In this document: in pieces, positions 26,481 through 36,065 of the stretch
How positions within the stretch are numbered: the first letter of the stretch is position 1
Layout of the letters: each line of letters starts with the position of its first letter
Source: Bugula neritina
Taxonomy: Eukaryota > Animalia > Bryozoa
Assembly (NCBI GenBank): GCA_964035545.1
Contig: OZ037767.1
Coordinates: 12,509,801 to 12,573,800, forward strand
Reading direction: 5' to 3'
DNA length: 64,000 nt
The notes under the pieces: model-generated
Seen by the model: only the letters and a program-made list of their open reading frames with translations
The model's database searches: none
What the model was told of the DNA's origin: nothing
Position numbers and translations under genes: made by a program

Positions 26481-28300
26481 ATTGTGCACTCCTGCAGCCG
26501 GAGGTCATGTACCTGGGCCATGTGGTGGGCTGTGACGGAGTCGCTACCGACCCGGAGAAGGTACAGGCTGTGAAGGAGTGGGCTGTTCCCTGTGACATCC
26601 CTGAGTTGCAAGCATTCCTGGGCCTCATAGGGTACTACCGACAGTACATATCTGGTTTCGCAGGGGTGGCTCAGCCGTTAAATCGGCTGACCGCAAAAGG
26701 AGTCCGGTGGCAGTGGACACAGGAGGAGCAGCAGGCATTTGACCACCTCAAGCAACGACTAATGGAGGCGCCAATCCTGGCGTATCCTGATCCAGCCAAA
26801 GAGTACATCCTGGACACTGATGCCAGCGACCACAGTGTGGGAGCTGTTCTGTCTGAAGTCCACGGTGGAAGTGAGGTGGTCGTAGCCTACTACAGCAAGA
26901 CTCTCGCGGCCGCCGAGAAGAACTACTGCACCACTAGGAAGGAACTCCTAGCAGTAGTCAAGGCGGTCAAGCAGTTTCGGCCATATCTGTATGGGAGAAC
27001 ATTCCGGTTGCGAACAGACCATGCATCACTGATATGGCTGTGTAAACGTGCAGAACCTTCGAGCCAGGTGGCTCTTTGGCTAGAAATTCTTGCCGAGTTC
27101 TTTTACCGGATAGAGCACCGTGCTGGCCGGAAGCATGGGAACACCGACGGCATGAGCCGCCGGCTGGTAGAGAGCTGTAAGCAATACCTGCACATTGAGA
27201 AGCGAGACGGGGGACCCGCTCGCCTTGACGTGGAAACAGAGTTAGGGGAGGGCACCGTCTACCGGTGGGAGCACGATCATCTTCGGACCGAAACCCACCC
27301 AGACGATGTCCAGGCGCTCCACGCCAACCCTACTCTGTACCAGAATTTCAAGGAGCTGTGCTGACTTCAGGAGACGCTACCCGGCGCGGTAGCAAACATC
27401 TTCCGGGCCAAGAAGGAGGGCTGACGACCTAGCGAGGAACAGCAGCGGCAGAGAGACGTTAAGTTCCAACTCCTCTGTCGTCGCTGGGATGCCCTCAAGG
27501 TCAGTCCTGATGGTCTCCTGATGATAACGTTAGCAGTAGACAACCGTCAGCAGGAGAGGGACCGCGCGGTCTGTTCACGCGCCCTCCGACCGGAACTGAT
27601 CTAGGACACCCATAAACAGACTCATTCTGGAGTCAGCCGGGTCATCAGGTGTCTGCGGCTGCGTTGGTACTGGCCCGGAATGACTCGAGACGTACGACTG
27701 CGGGTATATTAATGCGAGGTCTGCCAGGCTAGCAAAGATGGCAGCCCCACGGGAACCGCTGGTCGCCGCCGGCTACACGCTGGTCGACCATGGCAAGTAG
27801 TGGCGGTAGACCTCGTCGGGCCTATGCCGTTATCTGCCAAAGGGAACACCTGGATACTGGTGCTCACATACCACTTTACCCGGTGGGCAGATGCACTGGC
27901 TATTCCAGACGCAACAGCCCCCACGGTGGCCCAGACCCTAGACCAAAATGTATTCTGTTACCTCGGTTTACCCGAGCAGATAGATACGGACCAGGGTGCC
28001 CAGTTCCATTCCCAGGTTATGGGAGACCTCTGCCGGATATAGAGGGTGAACTAGAGTCGGATCACCCCATATCACCCGCAAGGGAACAGAGTTGTCGAGC
28101 GGAACAACATGATGTTGGGTGACGCCCTCAGGAGCCTGCTCCTTGGTCGAGGTCAAGAAGAATGGAACATGGTGCTGCCGCAAATCATACGGGCTTATAG
28201 CAGCACACCACACTCCGCCACGCAGGAGACCCTAAACTTTCTGATGCTAGGCCGAGAGACGCGGGTTCCGGAACACTTGACATACCATGTTCCTGCCCCG

Positions 28301-28870
28301 AGTTTGCGAGTGCGCGCCCCTCAGCACTACATCAACGTGTTGTGCCCGTGTGGTGAGTTTTTTCACCAGCGGGACTATGTGCTGAGGCACCAGCGCATAT
28401 CTCACTGCCACACGGGCTACACGTTTGCTGTAGACCAGGCTTCCTTTCCTGAATTTCGGGACCTGGTATTGCCACATGTGGCTGATCCCCATAAACGGGC
28501 TGCTCTCGCCCTGGGATTCCCCGCGTGTCGGCCTGTTCGTGAAGAAGAAGGAGAGCCCGCCGCGACACCCCAACCGGCAGCCACCCAACCACTTCGAGTC
28601 GTGCTGGCACGAGTCGGACCAGGCGCCAGGGCTGACTCCTCGGACCTGGGCCCCTGGCCCTCGGCAGCGGGCGAGAAGCAGAGGCGACGGACCAGCCACA
28701 GTGTCACTGACCGCCCCAGACACCAGACAGCAGCTCAACTGGAGGAGAAGGTGTGACACCTATGCAGGCGGCTCCGCAGATACGAAGAAGAATTGGGGCA
28801 ACTAAGGAGACGCAGGAGCCGCCTGGAGCGGAGCCAAGCTGGGGACCGCCGATGAGCACCACAACCACCT
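28301..28870 (+). pseudogene. Accessory zinc-finger/coiled-coil ORF of element 1 (5' end deleted)
   Basis: LRVRAPQH-YINVL-CPCGEFFHQRDYVLRHQRISHC ... AAQLEEKV*HLCRRLRRYEEELGQLRRRRSRLE. Aligns with the 3' ORF of element 2. Confidence 0.65.
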
Positions 28871-29204
28871 GACATGTTGTATTGTGTATATGTTCGTGTT
28901 CTGTTTTTCTAATTCATGTGTGTGTAAAGTCCTTTCACGTAGTATTATGTATATGTTCATTGTTTCTGTTTTCCTATTTCTTGTGTGCACAAAATTCTTT
29001 TTTTTCTCTTTTTGCTTTTATCGCTGCATGGCTACCATAATTGCTTTTTTATTGTTATTATTTTTGTTCGTTGTGTGTTGTATTGTCGTGTCATGTGTGT
29101 TTACATTGTGTGTGTTGATGTTATTTTTTTTCGTGTGTGTTGTTTTTGTATGTGTGTACACCCACTGAGCTGGAATGTATTGTATACTGTATACTGTATA
29201 CTGG

Positions 29205-29590
29205 AATTGTAAGTATCAAGTATTATATTATCTTTTGTTTTGAACTTCATTAACTAAATGTTTTGTCAGCTATGTAATTTATGTTAAGTTAACAAGATGT
29301 TTTGTAATTTTGATGGTTATAGGTAACAGTACAAGTACAAGTATGAGTATGAGTACGAGTCTAAGTATGAGTACGAGTCTAAGTATGAGTATGAGTTTAA
29401 GTATGAATGAAGTCTAACTTAGAAACTATACTGTTGGCAACAGACAAAAATGGAGTTGTGGCCTGCTTCTGTGTCCTCCATTAATTCACCCTTCATTAAG
29501 TGAATCACAATACATAGGCATCCGTGCCAAACAGCACCCGTGCTGACGCAGCAACAATTGTCTTCTGATACAGTAACCATTATCAGCTGT
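29205..29590 (+). repeat. Dispersed repeat (~385 bp) with an internal (gagtat/gagtct)n tract
   Basis: A reverse-complement copy lies at 44565-44950 (e.g. cacccttcattaagtgaatcacaatacatag and ttttgttttgaacttcattaact). Confidence 0.85.
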
Positions 29591-30384
29591 CACAGACATA
29601 GACTATCAACTCCTCAGAGTATATTGTTATACTTTCGTATAATATAGTTTTGGGTGGTAATATAAATTCTACTTAACTCAATGCCCTAGAGAATGCATAG
29701 ATTTCAAAAGTTTTTTGCGTGATAGAGTACAATATATTTAATACGAATGATATTGTTGTGTTTTAGCATAATTATTGAGCGCGTAGATTGTCTGCGTATT
29801 TAGTGTCAATTTAACTAGTAATTACTAGAATGGCTGGCGTACAATAACCTTTATTTAACTCGATAAACATAATTATAACATCACATCAAAATACTATATA
29901 ACATCAGTCAATTACTAACACATGTTACTACTACGAGTCCTTGCTCACAACAACACATGGTTTCTGCTGGCTAACCCGGGAACAGTTACTTGACAGGAAG
30001 CTCGCCTTCCGGTCCCTCTGGTTGGATAGTAGAACATAGTTGTAAGTATTCGCATACGGAGAGGGGGCGACCCCATTATTATACTATGTAATCTCATTAC
30101 ACCGCCCCCACCAGCAGAAAGCCCCACTTTCTGATAAAACAAAATAGTATAATAATGTAAAAAAATGACATAAGTAAGGAAAACCCACAAAGAAAAAGAA
30201 GAGAAATATCAAATGTACGACGTATATAAGTAAGATGAAAACAGACGGCCAACACACAGCTGGCCAGCTACAGAGAGAGAAATCTGGATCATCACACAGA
30301 TCGATCGTTAGCAGATCAAGCATTTACACGATCACATCGTTGTACCCCGAGGATATGCGGGGTGGAATTGTCAACTTCCAACTC

Positions 30385-31127
30385 CTAGTTTTGCAGGGAC
30401 TGGATCCGGTGTCGTGCTTGCCGTGCACGTAGCCTACGCTTAAGGCGTCCTACTGAGCCCTTCGGTTCACTAAGGCCCATTGTAGTGCTGAGTAAGTCGG
30501 GGACCAATTGAGTAAATTCATCCTGTAGTCGTAGGAGTCTCTCTTCGACTGTTGCTAACCGGTTAGGCCTGGTTGGAGCTGGCGTCATTTCTTCTAGGGG
30601 AACAGACGCTTCCATGGGGGTGTGGTCTGGCCAGGGTATAATTGCAGCAACAGTCTTTACCATGGGGGACTTCTGGCGGGTGGCTGTTAGCAGTGTATAA
30701 GACCCGGAGGATAATGCGGCCCAGGTCAAAGCCTTCTCAATCACTGGTCTAATGGCTTCTAGATACTGGTCGTAATTGTCCGCGTTCACTACATAGCCTC
30801 CGCCCGCAAAACAATCCATCATATGTGCCACGACGGGGTATGGATATATGTTGTGAAATCCACACGGACAGAAGCGTAGTAGGAAGTGTGCATTCACATG
30901 CAGCCGTAGTCCTTGGTGTAAGGGAAGCTCCTCATAACACACGTGGCAGGTTCGTTGTGACCCACTTGGTCCCCAGGCTTCTTCAATTTGTCGCTCCGTC
31001 TGTCATGATACCCATTTGTGTCTTCGGCGCAGCGCCACGGGCAGTCCATTGTCCATTTCCGGTCCGTTATCCAAGGAGGGGAGGGGGGGTAGATCTTGTG
31101 ACCCGGAGTTGGTCGATCGAGTGTGAT
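30385..31127 (-). CDS. Accessory ORF of element 2: tandem zinc fingers + C-terminal coiled coil (one internal TGA)
   Basis: CHVC-x12-HVNAH, then CPC-x12-H-x3-C, then ATVEERLLRLQDEFTQL...VGRLKRRLRARQAR. A splice-acceptor-like ccttacattgttatactcttgcag ends at 31128. One TGA at ~31005 lies upstream of the fingers. Confidence 0.65.
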
Positions 31128-31443
31128 CTGCAAGAGTATAACAATGTAAGGAGGGTACACTGAGTACAGCCGGCGTATACAGCCTGGCGAGTACTTAACT
31201 CAATTTGACACTCGTGAGACTCAATTAATGAATAGTTGATCGAGAACACACACCGCTACGACAGACTGTTCAGTCTTAAAGTCAATGTGAGTTCTCACCA
31301 CTAAAAATCATCCCCGAGTCTCCAGCTTATTCTGTTACCGTTAAGCTGACTAATACAGTTTAGTTCTCGTACCAAAAACATAACTAACTCACCTCTCGAT
31401 TCTTGGCAAGCCATTGTGAACGAGAGTGGTGTGTTTATGATTT

Positions 31444-32480
31444 CTACGTACGTCTACTCAAAGCTGTATCAATGTGATAAAAGAGCGAGCAGCGTGGTTG
31501 TGAAACGTGGCTAGGACTTATTACTTCCGGCGTATGAATCTCGTTTGAGATTCCGCCGAGGCAAAAGTTGATATTCCCGTGGTGTTCATAACTCCCACGT
31601 TTTGCCATCTTCCCTGTACGGTACCTAGTGGGACATTTGACCGCGCCCTGAACGGCACGTGGTAAGTCCTTGAGGCACCCGGGGGTTTGCCTAGAACACC
31701 GTTCTGGAGGTGTCGTCACCAACCAAGGCAGCTTACTCACCCGTGGACGGTCACGTCTCACGGGTGGTGCTTCCAGCCAGTTTGTGACAAATGGAGCTTC
31801 TCTAGCATCTCCGTACGGAGCCCATGGAAGTGTCGTTCCTAGCCAAGGCGGTTTACTCACCCGTGGACGGTCACGTCTCATGAGTGGTGCTTCCAGCCAG
31901 TTTGTGACAAATGGAGCTTCCCTAGCATCTCTGTACGGAGCCCATGGAAGTGTCGTCCCTAGCCAAGGCGGTTTACTCACCCGTGGACGGTCACGTCTCA
32001 CGGGTGGTGCTTCCAGCCAGTTTGTGACAAATGGAGCTTCTCTAGCATCTCCGTACGGAGCCCCTCCCATGGGGGGGTTTTGCACTTCGAGATCGGTTTC
32101 TGATCTAGGAAGTGGTGGCGGCAGCCTGAACGCTGAAGGTGGTGAGCGCAGTTCCCTGAACGGAGGTGGCTTTTCCTGCCTCGCCACAGCTTTGGGTTGC
32201 ATCCTGGGCGTTTTGCCGACCAGGTCAGCACTCTTCGTCTGTCCGTGCCCTTTTGCACTTTGCTTTCGCCGCCCCACCCTGTCAGGAGGGCGGCCGTGCT
32301 TACTGGCCTGGCAGACTCCACACTGCTTAACTCTGCGCCGTACCTCACGCTCCATGTTAGGCCAATACCACCAGAGTTGTAGTTCGGTGAGCACCTGTTG
32401 GGCTCCCCGGTGAGCCTGTTGGTGTACCTCATCTATCAACTCTCGGCGGATGGCGGCAGAACAGAGAGTCCTCTCCTGGA
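31444..32480 (-). pseudogene. Integrase zinc-binding (HHCC) remnant fused to a repetitive Pro/Arg-rich tail
   Basis: RELIDEVHQQAHRG...WYWPNM...CGVCQASKHG is homologous to the element 1 integrase N-terminus. The catalytic core is absent. Confidence 0.8.
31710..32063. repeat. 120-bp tandem repeat x3 (40-aa unit)
   Basis: Units start at 31710, 31830 and 31950, and encode PYGDAREAPFVTNWLEAPPVRRDRPRVSKPPWLGTTLPWA on the minus strand. Confidence 0.95.
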
Positions 32481-32710
32481 TAGAAACAGGCTGCTCTCGT
32501 GGGGGTGTAGTAGTGTTTTAGGTGACCTCATCTCCTTCGCCATGGTCGAGGGGTTAGGTTTCTGACAAGGACTGGGGACCAGCTGTCGAGGGGGTGGCGC
32601 CACGCTTTGCGGCGCTTGGGCTTTTCTCCTCACAGACTCTGCGGTCCGTCGTTTTTCAAACCTGTTGCGGGGCGGCATTGAGAACACCGGCGGCGAGTGG
32701 CTTGTACAGC

Positions 32711-33724
32711 CTACTTGCCGTCCTGGTGGCCGTTCCGTAAGGTCTCGGACGGGTGTCCGGCGTGGCGGCCGCCACTGTGTCCTTCCTTGGAACGTGGGAG
32801 CATCCGCGGGCTGTCGTAGTTTAACCCTGGGGGAAGTCGGGGACAGTGTTTCTGGAAGTGTCCTGGCCTTCCGCACTCCCAATAGGAGGAGTGTCCCTTA
32901 CCAGGCGACTGTACCTGTGGCCCATCAAGCTCACAGGTAGTGTCTAGCTGGCTTAGGGGAAGGGCCAAGGCGGAGACCAGTTCGACTAGCATGTCGGTCA
33001 TTTGTGCGACCTTCGATGTCACCGTCATCTGCGTCACCTTGGCTACCGCTGGAGTGTCCGCGTTGAAAGCAGTAGGAGCAGCGGAGGGCTCCATGTCCAC
33101 CTGACGGGAAGTCACACGGTTCCGGTGCAGGTGACTCGCCAGAAGGTAAGCTTCCCCTTCTGCGAGCGCATCTTCGACTGTGGTGACTCCCCTCGCCAGA
33201 AGTTGGTGATGGAGTCCCAGGTCGTTGATGGATTGCACGAAGGCATCATAAGTGTACTTTTCACGGTTTGCTTGAGGCAGGTCGCGGAACGCGATCTGTG
33301 CCAGTCTCATTACCATGGTAGCGTGCTCTTGTAGTGGCGTGTGGGGATCACGCCACAGTCTTTGGAGACGGGCCCGTGCATCTACAGCGGAGATACCAAA
33401 ACGGGCCCACAAGGAAGTAAAGATCTCGTCGATGTCCGGTCCCACTCCATATGGCTTGGCCTTGTCTGACAGTACCATCCTGAGCTTGAGCAATGCTATT
33501 CTGGGTGGCCACTGTGCAACCTCCATCACATCTTGGAACTCTTGAATGAATTGCTCCACCGGCTTCTCCCCTGAGAAGGTGGGCACCCTCAGCCAGTACT
33601 TCTCTTCATAACATTCCCTATGCACTCTCACTTCTTTTCTTACTACTGGTTCTATAGGTATAGCAACGCTATCTTCCTCACCTTCATTCTTCGGAATGGG
33701 TAGCTCTGTGCCTCCTTCTGCCAT
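32711..33724 (-). CDS. Uninterrupted Gag of element 2 (337 aa)
   Basis: Homologous to element 1 Gag (VPTFSGEKPVEQFIQEFQDV..W..ARFG). Knuckle YWECGRPGHFQKHC has its first Cys replaced by Tyr. GTTAAAC slippery-like site at 32825-32819. Confidence 0.88.
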   Translation of the reverse strand: MAEGGTELPIPKNEGEEDSVAIPIEPVVRKEVRVHRECYEEKYWLRVPTFSGEKPVEQFIQEFQDVMEVAQWPPRIALLKLRMVLSDKAKPYGVGPDIDEIFTSLWARFGISAVDARARLQRLWRDPHTPLQEHATMVMRLAQIAFRDLPQANREKYTYDAFVQSINDLGLHHQLLARGVTTVEDALAEGEAYLLASHLHRNRVTSRQVDMEPSAAPTAFNADTPAVAKVTQMTVTSKVAQMTDMLVELVSALALPLSQLDTTCELDGPQVQSPGKGHSSYWECGRPGHFQKHCPRLPPGLNYDSPRMLPRSKEGHSGGRHAGHPSETLRNGHQDGK

Positions 33725-34380
33725 CTTGATATACGCAAGATCCCACCGCTGCCACCACTGTTGTGTTTTAGCACAATTATTAAGCGTGGATTGTCTGCGT
33801 ACTTAGTGTCAATTTAACTAGTAATTACTAGAATTGCCGGCGTACAATAACTTTTATTTAACTCGATAAACATAATTATAACATCACATCAAAATACTAT
33901 ATAACATCAGTCAATTACTAACACATGTTACTACTACGAGTCCTTGCTCACAACAACACATGGTTTCTGCTGGCTAACCCGGGAACAGTCACTTGACAGG
34001 AAGCTCGCCTTCCGGTCCCTCTAATTGGATAGTAGAACATAGTTATAAGTATTCGCATACGGAGAGGGGACGACCCCATTATTATACTATGTAATCCCAT
34101 TACACCATGATAGTAACTAGATAATCCAGACAAGAATACAATTACTGTTTACACAAGTGTTTACTGCTTGCCTTGTCTTACTGGTTATAACTAACTGCTC
34201 ATCAGTAAATGTCTGATTCAAGAAAATTTTTTCCCCTAAAACTATGCATAGTGTTCTTTAAGTTTCCTTCTTTCAATGATATAAAGGCTCTTTGAATAGT
34301 TTACAGGTTCTGTTTGCTGATTTACAGACACCAGACTGACACTGACTGTGAATAGAACTGCATTGTCTCATGCATTCTCA

Positions 34381-36048
34381 AGGGGTGTGACTAAATTGGG
34401 TGGTCACCCGATGTCGCGATCCGTGACACCTATTTTAGTCATAAGGGGGGGTTGACTAAAATGGGTGTCACGAAAAATTTTCGTTTTATTTTCAGATTTT
34501 TAGACATTTGTAACTGCTGAAATTGTTATTGAAGAAATCTTCAGTGAATAATTAACGTTTCACAATCATTTAAACCAAAGAAGCATAAATAAATAATGAT
34601 TAAATTAAATTAATTTTAGCAAAAACCAAACTTATCGAGAGTTATCTTTCCTCATCAAAAATTTAATTTTCACTTAATTTCACTGTTATCGTTATGATCA
34701 TAGACATGCTAACTTATGAAACATAAGCTTTAAACTATTAAAAACGTTTTGAGCAATGATAACAAACAAACATGTCTACAAAATGTGAAAACAAAACTAA
34801 AAATCTTCGCGACACCCATATTAGAAAAAACACCCACAAGTGACTAAAATGGGTACCACGGTGATTTTTGCTTCATTTTTAGCTTTCTGGGCAGTTTTGA
34901 ATACTATAAATTATGTCATGTTGAAACTTTTACTTGCTTTTACTAATTAAAATTAATAAAATCTTTAATACTCACAAATATTAGAGAAAAATCATAGAAA
35001 CAAAACTAAGAACTAAGGGAAGATAACTCTAGGGAGTGTCACTGATAGTTTCGGTTTTTATTATATTTTATTATTATTGTAAATTATTATTTAATACTAC
35101 TGTCATTTGGGGTAAAACAGTTATTATATATTAGAGTTTTTCTAAAGCTTTGATCAACAACCAATTTAGCAACAAAAACTGCCAAAAAGCTAAAGAATAA
35201 AGCGCCCCCAAATGACTAAAATGGGTGTCGCAAAGATTTTTAGTTTTGATTTCACATTTTGTGAACATTTTTTTGTTAATATTCCTCTCAGTATTTTTAC
35301 TAGTTTGATGTATATGGTTTCATAGTCAGCATGTCTAGAAACTGAAAAATAACTATGGAATTAAGTTAAAATACATGTATTGAATTCTTCGCGACACCCC
35401 CTAGTTTTTGACCCCAAGGGTTTTCACAATGACTTTAATTTTATTCATTTTTATGTCGCAGTTTTATAACTTTTTAGTTAGCTAAGTAGACGTAAAAATG
35501 CAAAAGTCGTTTAATGATGTCAATTGTAAAATTATATCTGTTCTCAATGCTAAATGCTAATCAAAAATTTGTGACACCCATTTTAGTCATTGTGGGTTAT
35601 TTGAACTAAAATGGGTGTTGCGAAAATACTTATCTTTTTTTAAACTTTGTGAGCATTTTCGTTTTCCCAATAGTACTCCCAGCATTTTTACTAGCTTAAA
35701 GTATATGTTTTGTAAGTCGACATGTCTATGATCTTAACAATAACAATAAAATTAAGTGAAAATTAATTTTTTTAAGGAGGAAAGATAATTCTTGACGAGT
35801 CTGGTTTTTGTTATAATTGTTTTAATTTTATCATTATTTATCTATGTTTTTGGTTTAAACGATTGTGAAATGTTCATTATTCACTGAAGATTTATTTAAC
35901 AGTAATCTCAACAGTCACAACTGTCTAAAAATCTGAAATAAAAACGAAAATTCTTCGTGACACCCATTTTAGTCAAAACGCCCCCTTATGACTAAAATGG
36001 GTGTCACGGATCGCGACACCGGGTGGCCACCCATTTCAGTCACACCCT
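34381..36048. mobile_element. Foldback-type non-autonomous DNA element, ~480-bp imperfect TIRs
   Basis: Ends gggtgtgactaaattgggtggtcaccc / gggtggccacccatttcagtcacaccc. Arms align at ~34381-34865 and ~35568-36048. About 10 copies of gactaaaatgggtgtc occur in both orientations. No ORF. Confidence 0.88.
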
Positions 36049-36065
36049 TATAATAGATATAATAA

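Larger units (their letters stand above)
21199..28300 (+). pseudogene. pol of element 1 (PR-RT-RNase H-integrase), split at 22988/26481
   Basis: FLLDTGCTTN; WRFCVDYRRLN; YLDDVIV; LKLKPS|insertion|CALLQPEVMYLGH; DTDASD; RKELLA; TDHASL; WYWPGM..CEVC; DLVGPM; TDQGAQF; HPQGNRVVER. Several stops and frameshifts. Confidence 0.95.
19878..29170 (+). mobile_element. Ty3/Gypsy LTR retrotransposon (element 1), 3' LTR missing, interrupted by a DNA transposon
   Basis: 5' LTR at 19878-20272, PBS at 20274-20291, then gag-PR-RT-RH-INT, an extra ORF and a TG-rich 3' region. No second LTR copy was found in the window. The right boundary is approximate. Confidence 0.9.
29754..34104 (-). mobile_element. Non-autonomous Gypsy LTR element (element 2): gag, integrase remnant, accessory ORF; no PR core, RT or RNase H
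   Basis: LTRs at 29754-30101 and 33759-34104 (TG...CA, about 14 differences counted by eye). Exact PBS tggtggcagcggtgggat at 33757-33740 and PPT ggtgggggcgg next to 30101. Confidence 0.93.
18645..34378 (-). pseudogene. PAN/Apple + F-type lectin pseudogene, copy B (inverted paralog of copy A)
   Basis: PAN exon remnant ~34378-34200 reads ECMRQCSSIHSQCQSGVCKSANRTCKLFKEP, then has a 1-nt deletion. Exon 19297-19071 reads EKEVSM..NAVDG..VAHT..SPWKQIDIG..IENVKI*DRSEYHIP. Exon 18910-18645 reads AVNGRLANVRVTVG..GR*VKA..FNIYELEIHG. Splice sites and flanking intron sequence are homologous to copy A. Confidence 0.85.

Noticed and set aside
28884-29212. Hydrophobic Cys/Val/Phe-rich ORFs that could be read as an Env transmembrane region
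   Set aside because: They are translations of TG/T-rich low-complexity 3' sequence, with no signal peptide, furin site or ectodomain.
20274-33757. tRNA-like sequences at 20274-20291 and 33740-33757
   Set aside because: They are only 18-nt complements of a tRNA 3' end next to LTRs, so primer-binding sites rather than tRNA genes.
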